The translations under genes were made by a program, and so were the position numbers. The notes below the pieces were generated by a model. The model searched no databases. It saw only the letters and a list, made by a program, of their open reading frames with translations, and was not told the origin of the DNA. Below, piece after piece: positions 30,717-38,858 of a DNA stretch of 64,000 bases (position 1 is its first letter; every line of letters begins with the position of its first letter). This stretch comes from an uncultured bacterium (GTDB lineage Bacteria; Eisenbacteria; RBG-16-71-46; CAIMUX01; WJJG01), in contig CAZNJE010000022.1 of NCBI GenBank assembly GCA_964573295.1, forward strand, positions 5,761 to 69,760, in the 5' to 3' direction.

Positions 30717-31159
30717 CTAGGCCTTGCCTTCCCCGGAAGCCTTGCCTTCCCCGGAAGCCTTGCCTTCCCCGGAAGCCTTGCCTCCGCCCCGAGCGGAATC
30801 CTTGCCTCCACCCAGACCGGAGTCCTTGCCCGAGCCTTCGCCCGAGGATTTGCCGGAGCTCTCGCCGGAGCCCTTCCCCGAGCCTTTGCCCGAGCCGCTC
30901 TCGCTACTTTTCGCTCTCTCACCGGCGTCAGCGCGCGCGCTTCCCCGCTGGGCGGCCGTCTTTGCCGCATCTTCCTTGCGCTTGTAGTCGGTGATGTAGA
31001 ACCCACTGCCGCGGAAGATCAGTCCTCCCCCGGGCATGACGACCCGGCGCACCGCACCGCGGCACTTCGGGCAACGCTTGCGCGGTGGATCCGTAATGCT
31101 CTGCAGCACTTCGAATCGATGCTGACAGCGCTGGCACTCGTAGACGTAGGTCGGCATCC
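30717..31159 (-). CDS. FmdB-family zinc-ribbon protein with C-terminal Gly/Ser/Lys-rich repeat tail
   Basis: The ATG is at 31159 (MPTYVYECQRCQHRFEVLQSITDPPRKRCPKCRGAVRRV, a CxxC...CxxC zinc ribbon). The tail (GKASGEGKASGEGKASGEGKA...) is encoded by 18-bp tandem repeats at 30721-30790. Confidence 0.65.
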
Positions 31160-31278
31160 AGGTAGATCTCCTCTCTGCTTCTCTCCGGGCGTCGTGCCCG
31201 CCGGCTGCTTGCCGGTTCCGATGCCCACCCCTAGCGACCGATAGCATTCTGCATGCCGGTGCTCCGGGGACACCTCCC

Positions 31279-31788
31279 TCACTGCGCCCCGTCGAAGTGG
31301 TCCTCGAGCGCGGCAGCGACGTTGGGAGTCACGAAATCCTCGACCTGGCCGTTGCATCGGGCCACTTCCTTCACCAGCGTCGAGTTCAGGTAGATGAACT
31401 CTTCACCCGGCATCAGGAACACCGTCTCGATATTGGGCCAGAGGCGTTTGTTCATGAGGGCCATCTGAAACTCGTACTCGAAGTCCGAGATCACCCGTAG
31501 ACCCCGCACCACCAGCCGAACGCGTTCCTGCTTCGCGAAGTCCACGAGCAGCCCCGTGAACGGCTTGACGATCACCCGCTCCCGCAGGTGCGCCGGCAGC
31601 GCTTCTTCGATCAGGCGAACCCGGTCATCGATGCCGAAGAGCGTTTGCTTGTGATGGCGATCCGCCACAGCGATCAACAGCCGGTCGCACAACAGGAGAG
31701 CGCGCCGGGCGATATCCAGGTGTCCCCGCGTCACCGGATCAAACGTGCCCGGAAAGAGGCCGACGTTACAATGCGCCTCGGAGGCCAT
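31279..31788 (-). CDS. coaD: Phosphopantetheine adenylyltransferase
   Basis: GLFPGTFDPVTRGHLDIARRA (T/HxGH motif)...ISDFEYEFQMALMNKRL is present. It is 169 aa. Confidence 0.9.
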   Translation of the reverse strand: MASEAHCNVGLFPGTFDPVTRGHLDIARRALLLCDRLLIAVADRHHKQTLFGIDDRVRLIEEALPAHLRERVIVKPFTGLLVDFAKQERVRLVVRGLRVISDFEYEFQMALMNKRLWPNIETVFLMPGEEFIYLNSTLVKEVARCNGQVEDFVTPNVAAALEDHFDGAQ

Positions 31789-31791
31789 GGC

Positions 31792-32388
31792 TCACTCCTT
31801 CTCTTCAAGACAACGCTGTTCCACAACCAGGCGTGTTTTCCCGTAGGACCGCTCCGGGAAACGGCGCCATCGGGCCGAGACCGTCCAATCCGGGTCGGTC
31901 GTACGGCACTCGATCGCGCGGATCGCTTCCTGGGACCACTCGATCCCGGCCGCATGGTCGAGCGCACCCGCCAACTCCACCGCCAACCCCCCGTAGGGCG
32001 GGTCCGCCAGCACGAGGTCGGCCCCGGCCGCCGCTCCCAGCTCACCACGAAGAAAGGCGAACACGTCCCCGGCGATCACCCGGCAGCGGGCCTCCACGCC
32101 GAGGGCGGCGATGTTGGCCCGCAACGCCTGCAGCGCCTCACCGTCGCGCTCGACGAACACGGCCGCGACGGCACCCCGGCTGAGTGCTTCCAGGCCCAGT
32201 CCGCCGCTACCGGCGAAGAGATCGGTCACCCGGGCCTCCGGAATCCATGCCTGCAGCCGGCTGAAGAGTGCCTCACGCACCTTGCCCTGTGTGGGGCGCA
32301 AATGCAGACCGGGCGGCACGTGCAACCGCTTCCCGCGCCACGTGCCCCCCGTGATCCGCAACCGCGGTTCTGTGACCTTGCCGGACAT
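31792..32388 (-). CDS. rsmD: 16S rRNA (guanine966-N2)-methyltransferase RsmD
   Basis: The ATG is at 32388. LRITGGTWRGKRLHVPPGLHLRPTQGKVREALF...DLFAGSGGLGLEALSRGA...LVLADPPYG (DPPY motif) is present. It lies immediately upstream of coaD, which is a conserved pairing. Confidence 0.8.
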   Translation of the reverse strand: MSGKVTEPRLRITGGTWRGKRLHVPPGLHLRPTQGKVREALFSRLQAWIPEARVTDLFAGSGGLGLEALSRGAVAAVFVERDGEALQALRANIAALGVEARCRVIAGDVFAFLRGELGAAAGADLVLADPPYGGLAVELAGALDHAAGIEWSQEAIRAIECRTTDPDWTVSARWRRFPERSYGKTRLVVEQRCLEEKE

Positions 32389-32399
32389 GCCGCCTCGAC

Positions 32400-32698
32400 C
32401 TACCGTTCGTCCGGCCCACCGGCCGGCTCGTCTCGTCTGGGTTGCTTCTCGCATGCCTCCGGCGCATCGGGCGTACCCGGTACATCCGGCGGCTCGGATC
32501 GGCGGCGCTGGTCGTCTGCGGACACCGAGTCTTTCAGCATTTCGAGATCGACCTCGCGCTGGACTTCGTTGATCGCGCGGCGAACATCACCCATCGCCTT
32601 GCCCAGGGAACGGGCGATCTCCGGAATTCTCTTCCCACCGAAGAGCAGGAGTGCCACCAGCAAGATGACCAGCAGTTCCTGGGTGCCCACCCCGAACA
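32400..32698 (-). CDS. tatA: Twin-arginine translocase subunit TatA/E
   Basis: The ATG at 32698 is preceded by GGGAGG. The TatA signature MFGVGTQELLVILLVALLLFGGKRIPEIARSLGKAMGDVRRAI is present. Confidence 0.8.
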
Positions 32699-32866
32699 TC
32701 GAGTCCTCCCTACCCCTATCCGCAACCGAACCGTACGAATCTAGCAGATCGAGTCGCGCGCGCCAATTCTCCCGCCCGTCCCGGTCCGCAACCGGGCGCA
32801 TCCTTCGGCCCCAGCGCCCCCCCGCCTGGCGAGCCGGCACTGGCCGGTTTCGGCCACCTCGCCCGT

Positions 32867-32898
32867 GGGCAGTCTGCACTCGCCAGCGTGCAGACTGC
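32867..32898. promoter_or_regulatory. Inverted repeat GCAGTCTGCAC-N8-GTGCAGACTGC in the tatA / minor-pilin divergent intergenic region; candidate regulator-binding site
   Basis: It is an 11-bp perfect inverted repeat. The same core TGCAGTCTGCA occurs twice upstream of pilA (49020-49030 and 49089-49099). Confidence 0.4.
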
Positions 32899-33141
32899 GT
32901 GTCGCTCACCCTCCTCCGGCCGTCCGGCGGCCGCGGCATCACGGGAATCCTATCTGTAGTCAGCACCGCATGCCACTGCCTTTCCACAAGTTATCGCACT
33001 GGCTCGAGCCAACCAACCACCGGGCCGAGGGGAATGCGATGTGCAGGCAATAGAAGTGATGAACCATGCCACTTTGGCTGGGCGGCCCCGCGAGGGCGCA
33101 TCCGGCCGGCGGGGCAACAGCTACCAGCGGGGACCGAAGCC

Positions 33142-33615
33142 ATGAACCCAGTACCGATCACCCGGCGGCGCCTGCGCTCCTGCGCCGGATTCACGATGAC
33201 CGAGATGCTGATCGCACTGACGATTCTGTCGGTCGGCATTCTCTCGGTCGGCCGCCTGTTCATCTTCTCGCAGCGTCACGCCTACTACGGGCGCGCCGAG
33301 ACCACGGCGGTGTCCCTGGCCGAGGAGATTCGGGAGAAGATCATGAGCGATAACTACGACGACCTCATCACGATCTTCCACGGCGTCGATACCGACAACC
33401 CCGGCTCCATCACCCTTCCCTGCCAGCTATGGGCCGATCACCTCACCCAGCAACTCGGGTCCAGCGGTCGCGGCGAGGTCAGTATTCTCGACCACACCCA
33501 AGACGCAGACATCACCGAAGGCATGGTGACCGTCCTGATCACGATCTCCTGGGAAGAGAACGGGGAAACCCGGTGGATCGACATGCGTTTCGCGGTCTCC
33601 AAGGTGGGCATCTGA
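33142..33615 (+). CDS. Type IV minor pilin / pseudopilin, PilV-like (prepilin-type N-terminal cleavage/methylation domain)
   Basis: The ATG is at 33142. The class III signal is ...CAG^FTMTEMLIALTILSVGILSV, with Glu at +5 after the cleavage Gly. Confidence 0.7.
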   Translation: MNPVPITRRRLRSCAGFTMTEMLIALTILSVGILSVGRLFIFSQRHAYYGRAETTAVSLAEEIREKIMSDNYDDLITIFHGVDTDNPGSITLPCQLWADHLTQQLGSSGRGEVSILDHTQDADITEGMVTVLITISWEENGETRWIDMRFAVSKVGI

Positions 33616-33626
33616 CGGGGGATATC

Positions 33627-35246
33627 ATGAGCATTCGGGAGCTGAACCAGAGAACCCGCCCGCGGCGCCCTCGGGCTGCGCAGGGCAGTAACGGGCAGAA
33701 GGGATCGGCGCTCTTGATGGCGCTTCTGATCCTGGGATCGCTGTCGATGATCGGCACCACGATGGTGCTCACCTCGGTCGCCGAACGCCGAACCTCGGGC
33801 TACTACCGTGACAGCCTGCGCGCCCTGGCCGCGGCCGAAACGGGTCTGGCCTTCGGAAAGCGCACCGTCCAGGACATGACCGCCCAGATCGAGGACAGCG
33901 ACGGCGATGGACGGCCCGACTTCGCGCTGGCCGACACGCTGTCCTGGGGCGGCACCTACGAGGTCAAGGCGGAGGCGAGCGACATCGCCGGCTTTGGCAT
34001 TGCCGCCTACCGGGCCAACGGCTACACCATCGTGGCGGAAGGTCGGTACAACGGCACCGTCCGCCGGGTCAAGGCGGAGATCGTCCACGACAGCTTCCTG
34101 AAGTACGCTCGCTTCGTCGCCGCGGCGGGGACCAACTACAGCTGCGGAGCGGTCCTCACCGGCGAGGTCTACGTCGGCGGCGACCTGGGCGTGCCGACCG
34201 GATGCGGCGCCGGCGCCGTGCAGTTCCTCGAGTTCGTCGCGGCCGTGGGCAACATTCCCAACGCCAACAGCGGCATCTTCTATCGCGGCTATGTCACCGG
34301 CGCCGAGCAGATCGACTTGCAGAACTCGGCCGACTTCGCGTTGACCCGCAACATGGCCAAGGGACTCGCTGCCGAATGCGACTGCGAAGACACCGGCGAG
34401 GTGGGCATCTACTTCAACATTGGCGGCGGCGTGGATCCCTTGGGAATCGGATCGGGCGCGCTCGACTTCGGCCAGTTCGACTTCTGCAACACCACGCTGG
34501 CGCCCGGCGACACGGTGATCACCTACGACCAGGTGGCCGTCGATCACGGCGTCACCGGCGCCATGCTGCGTGCCTCGGAGTTCAATGGCATCATTTTCTT
34601 CGACGGCGACGCCCCCATCGAGGGCGCCCTCGACGGCAAGAGTGCCCGCAGTCTGTCGGTGTTTGCCAGCGACGATATCCTGGTCACCAACAACATCCGC
34701 ACCGGCCACACGGGATTCGACCCGGTGACCGAGCAGCCCGACGGATCCGGCGACCCCGTCAACGTCGGGCTGATCGCCTACGACTACGTCTATCTCGATC
34801 GCTACACGCCCCGGGTACTGCAGATCGACGCGGCGCTCATGTCCTGCAACAAGAACTGGCGATGCACATCCACATCCGAGAGCTACCATCCGACCGGCGG
34901 TCCCGGGCCGCTCGACCTCGATCTGGATGGGATCAGCGGCGAGACGCCCTACAACAACGACCCGACTCCGGGCGCGGGCTGGGACGAGCTCAACATCACC
35001 TCCGACACCTGGGTGCTGAACATCAACGGTCCCATCATTACTTACAACGGCGGCAACGCCGCACCGTGGAACAACTCCGGCGTCTTGGCCAATGCCGATG
35101 GCCCGACGCGGCGCTACAACTACGACCTCGATGTCACCGAGTTCCCGCCGCCCTGCTTCCCGGTGCCACTGAACTTGTGGAAGGACGTGAGCTGGACCGA
35201 GATCTTCGAAACCGAACACGCCTTGGCCTACTACCTGCCCAACTAA
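33627..35246 (+). CDS. PilX-like large minor pilin / pilus assembly protein (539 aa)
   Basis: The ATG is at 33627. The PilX N-terminal-type hydrophobic segment is GSALLMALLILGSLSMIGTTMVLTSVAERRTSGYYRDSL. It lies inside a pseudopilin operon. The large C-terminal region is uncharacterised. Confidence 0.65.
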   Translation: MSIRELNQRTRPRRPRAAQGSNGQKGSALLMALLILGSLSMIGTTMVLTSVAERRTSGYYRDSLRALAAAETGLAFGKRTVQDMTAQIEDSDGDGRPDFALADTLSWGGTYEVKAEASDIAGFGIAAYRANGYTIVAEGRYNGTVRRVKAEIVHDSFLKYARFVAAAGTNYSCGAVLTGEVYVGGDLGVPTGCGAGAVQFLEFVAAVGNIPNANSGIFYRGYVTGAEQIDLQNSADFALTRNMAKGLAAECDCEDTGEVGIYFNIGGGVDPLGIGSGALDFGQFDFCNTTLAPGDTVITYDQVAVDHGVTGAMLRASEFNGIIFFDGDAPIEGALDGKSARSLSVFASDDILVTNNIRTGHTGFDPVTEQPDGSGDPVNVGLIAYDYVYLDRYTPRVLQIDAALMSCNKNWRCTSTSESYHPTGGPGPLDLDLDGISGETPYNNDPTPGAGWDELNITSDTWVLNINGPIITYNGGNAAPWNNSGVLANADGPTRRYNYDLDVTEFPPPCFPVPLNLWKDVSWTEIFETEHALAYYLPN

Positions 35247-35263
35247 CTGTAGAGGAGCCACCC

Positions 35264-35791
35264 ATGCAGCCCATGCTCGACACGCGACACGTTCCTCAGG
35301 TAACCCGAAGGCTGAGAGCACGCCCGGTCGGCGCGCGCGGCTTCAGCCTGACCGAGCTCATGATCGTTCTGGTCGTCATGGGCATCATGATGACGATCGC
35401 CGTGCCGAACTTCACGCGTATGGGCCGGCGCGACAAGGTCGAGTCGGTGGCCTACGACTTCCACCGCGCCTTTGCCCTGGCGCGTCAGAAGGCGCTGGCG
35501 AAGCGGACCCAGTACAAGGTGACGCTGAACCCGTCCGGTCACAGCTTCGTGGTACAGCGGCGCGATTCGGGAAGCTGGGTCAATGACCCAGCCGACCCGA
35601 AGACCTGGGACGCCGCCGTGAACCTCGTCTCCGAGTGTGGCGGCAACGCGTCGAACGTGGACATCGTGCTCGAGCCGCAGGGCACCGTGGCCGCCGCGGA
35701 TTCGCCCGTTCGACTGACCTTTACCAACGCCCACGGCGATACCGCCCGGGTGAGCCTGGTGCGCACCGGGCGGATACGAGTTTTGCTCTAG
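35264..35791 (+). CDS. FimT/GspH-like pseudopilin (prepilin-type N-terminal methylation domain)
   Basis: The ATG is at 35264. ...ARG^FSLTELMIVLVVMGIMMTIAVPNFTRM + ESVAYDFHRAFALARQKAL (GspH/FimT domain) is present. Confidence 0.7.
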   Translation: MQPMLDTRHVPQVTRRLRARPVGARGFSLTELMIVLVVMGIMMTIAVPNFTRMGRRDKVESVAYDFHRAFALARQKALAKRTQYKVTLNPSGHSFVVQRRDSGSWVNDPADPKTWDAAVNLVSECGGNASNVDIVLEPQGTVAAADSPVRLTFTNAHGDTARVSLVRTGRIRVLL

Positions 35792-35863
35792 CGGTGCCGC
35801 GCGCCCGGTCACCGACCGCGTGCGCGCCGCCGCCCTGGGGGAACCAGCAGAAGGGGGATACTA

Positions 35864-38724
35864 TGATGCGGGCCAGGCCACTAGATTCGTGCCGACGGGG
35901 GTTTACCCTCGTCGAGATGATGGTCGTGCTCGTGATCCTGGGGATGGTCACGATCGGCCTTGTTCAGGTGCTCATTACGAGCCGCGAGTCGTACGATCAG
36001 CAGAAGATTACGATCGAAATGCAGCAGAATGCCCGTGCCGCGCTCGAGAAGCTGTCCGACGATTTCCGGCATGTGAGCTACGGCAAGGACCCCACCCAGC
36101 CGTCGATCCAACAGGCTTGTGAGGATTCGATCACCTTCGTCGCCGACGTGGACCCGGATACCCCCGGGGCGGAGATGATCAAGTACTTCCTGAGCTCCGA
36201 CGGCGACCCCGATACGCCCAATCCCAACGACACGGTGTTGATGAAGACCGTCTCGGACTCCGGAGGCGTTCTGCTCTGGTCCGAACCGCAATCCTACGGC
36301 ATCAGAGCCCCGGATGGCCTGAATCTGCGCTACTTCAACGGCGCGGGGGTGGAAATGGCCAACAACCCGGTTGCCCAACCCGAACTCGTCGGTGAGGTGA
36401 TGATCGAGGTGGTGGCCGTGGAACCGCGCGCCCACCGGCGCACGGGCGAGTACATGGAGCAGACGCTCTCGACCACGATCTACCCCCGGAACCTGCCCCT
36501 GACCCCGGCGCGCAGCCGGCCTTCGACCCCCGCGGTGGGGCCGTTGAGTTTGCCCGACTGCCAGAGCGTGACGGTGCCGTGGAGTACGCCCACGACCAAT
36601 ACCGATGGGACTCCGCTGGAGCTCAGTGACATCAGCCACTTCACCATCTACTTCGGCACCCACGTCGACTCGATGTCGCTCTACTCGCGCGTGGCGCGAA
36701 CGATCAACGAGTGGACGGTCTCGAACCTGATCGGCGGCCACACCTACTACCTGGGGGTGACCTGCACCAGCCGATCGGGTGTCGAGAGCCATATGGGCAT
36801 GGACAACATCGACCTGAACAGTCCCCTGGCGCCCAAGGCCCCCGAAGGCTTCACCGGCGGAGCCAATCCCTACGGCGCCGGCGCGCGGCTCGAGTGGAAC
36901 TCGGTCACCGAATTCACCGGCGGCGAGCTCATAACGACTCCGGTCTTCTACCACCTCTACCGCGACACGAGCCCCGGCGTCACACCGGATCCGGCCCTGC
37001 GCGTGGGCACCGTGCAGGCGCAAACCTGGTTCGCCGACTCCTCGATGGCCGACTGCACGACCTACTACTTCGTGATCACGGCCACGGTCTGCTCGAACGA
37101 GGGTGCGCCGAGCGCCGAGATCTCCCTCACCAGCCCGGCCGCTCCGGCCTGCATCGGGGGCTTGATGGCCTACCCCACCGAAAACAACGGAGAACTCCAC
37201 GTCATGTGGATGCAGCCCACCACTCGCCAGGACGGAAGCGCCTTGCCGACCGATGAGATCAGCGGCTACCGCATCTACTACAGCACCGAGCCTTATGGGA
37301 CCGGCACCTACATCGACTATGGCGGCGACATGACCGAGTACTACCTCACGGAACTGGCGACCTGCACCACCTACTACATCAATGTGGCCGCCTTTGATCT
37401 GTGTCCCCAACTCGGCGAGCTTTGCGCCTACAATCAGGTCACCGTCGATACGGCCGAACCCTGCGATCCCGAACCTCCGATGATGCCCCCGTCGGTCAGC
37501 GCCATCGGCATGGATGAGCGGGTCGACATCGCCTGGCCGACCAATACCGTCGACTGCGACCTCTACGGTTACCGGCTCTACTACGGCACGACACCCGGCG
37601 GGCCCTACAATGGCACCGCCGCCGTGGAGGGCACGAGCCCGATCGAGTTCAGCGCAGCCGAGGTGACCCAGGGGGACTCCTGCCGTGTCTCCTTGACCGG
37701 GCTCTCCGCCTGCCAGGGGTATGCGGTGAAGGTATCGGCCATCGACACCTGCGCGCCCTTCAACGAAAGCGACCTGTCACCCGAGGATGTGGCCACGACC
37801 GAGTGCATGGCCTGCGACGTCGAAGTGGCCTGCCCGGCGGTGATGAACACACCGGCCTACAATTCAGACGTCCGCCTGGAACTCTACACCTTGAGCGGCG
37901 GTGGCGAGACGGTCCAGAGCATGATTCCCAATTGGAGCGATGACGGCTGGCTCAGTCAGATCTGGGCCGGTCGTCCCTTGGTCTGTGTCTGGCACTCCGA
38001 CGGTTCCTGTGGCGGTGGTCCGGCCGGGGAACAGCCCAGCGGGATCGAAATCGACGTCAGCGACTTCGACATCCCCACCAGTGCCGATGAAGAAGATGGC
38101 TTACCGATCGCCTTCCGCTTTGACGGCTCGATGGTGGGCACGTCACTCACCCTCGACGTGCGGGGCAGCACGGGCGGCATCTGCAGCACCGACCCGCGGA
38201 CGGTTCAGAACGGTCTCGGCTTCGACGACTTCGACGACGGCAGCATCAGCGACTGGAACATTGTCAGCGGAAGCTGGTGGGTTGACGGTGGGGAGCTGTA
38301 CCAGAGTTCGACGAGCTCGTCTTGTATCATCCTGTCTCCGGGCACCTATACGGACTTCGTCTTCGAAACCAAGGTCAAGTGCGTCTACAGCCAGACGCCG
38401 TACATCCTCTTCCGCGGCGATGTCGGCTCGGGCGACTGGTACATGCTCGGCCTCAAAACCAGCAACAATATCGTTCGTCTCGGCCGCTTCACCAACGGAT
38501 ACTACACCACCACGGCCGAGACCAGCGTCTCGCTCTCGAACAACGTCTGGTACCATCTGAAGGTGGAGGTTTCCGGGCAGACGATCGATGCCTACCTGGA
38601 CTGCCAGCACGTCCTGAGCATCACCGATCAGAACATGGAGCCCAGCGGACAGATCGGCTTCCGGACATACGCGACGAAGGCCTACTACGACGACTTCCGA
38701 GTCCACGCATTTCCACAGCTGTAG
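35864..38724 (+). CDS. PilW-like pseudopilin fused to FN3-like repeats and a C-terminal lectin/LamG (DUF1080-like) domain; candidate pilus-tip adhesin (953 aa)
   Basis: The ATG at 35864 is preceded by GAAGGGGGA. The N-terminus RRG^FTLVEMMVVLVILGMVTIGLVQVL...QQNARAALEKLSDDFRHVSYG is PilW-like. The middle has repeated YRIYYSTEP / YRLYYGTTPGGPYNG beta-sandwich-like modules. The C-terminus (DFDDGSISDWNIVSGSWWVDGGELYQSS...WYHLKVEVSGQTIDAYLD...IGFRTYATKAYYDDFRVHAF) looks like a concanavalin/LamG jelly-roll. Confidence 0.7.
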
Positions 38725-38794
38725 ACCCGCAGCTGTAGATAGGCAGCAGTAGACAGGCAGCTGTAGACAGGCAGTTGACGGAGGAGACGCGCAA

Positions 38795-38832
38795 CGGCCG
38801 TGGGCCCGGGAACACTCCCCGGCCCACGGCCG
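38795..38832. terminator. GC-rich hairpin CGGCCGTGGGCC-loop-GGCCCACGGCCG between the convergent pilW-like and pilQ genes; preceded by tandem CAGCTGTAGAC-like repeats (38725-38775)
   Basis: The inverted repeat is seen directly. It sits between two convergent stop codons. Confidence 0.45.
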
Positions 38833-38858
38833 TTCGCTTGCCGGTCTCTGCCCGGCTC

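Noticed and set aside
30724-30987. 87-aa plus-strand ORF with PSPEAL repeats
   Set aside because: It is antisense to the repeat-encoded tail of the FmdB-like gene.
32534-32725. 63-aa minus-strand ORF (MRIGVGRTRCSGW...)
   Set aside because: It is an out-of-frame overlap of tatA. The tatA frame has the canonical TatA signature and SD.
33090-33141. Search for a sigma-54 -24/-12 element upstream of the minor-pilin operon
   Set aside because: Candidates such as TGGCTCGAGCCAACC and TGGCTGGGCGGCCCC fail the GG-N10-GC spacing or the -12 GC. No call is made.
31588-33615. 675-aa plus-strand ORF spanning coaD/rsmD/tatA antisense and running into the pilV-like gene
   Set aside because: Only its last 157 codons (from the ATG at 33142) form a coherent prepilin. 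The rest is antisense to three well-supported minus-strand genes and crosses an intergenic region.
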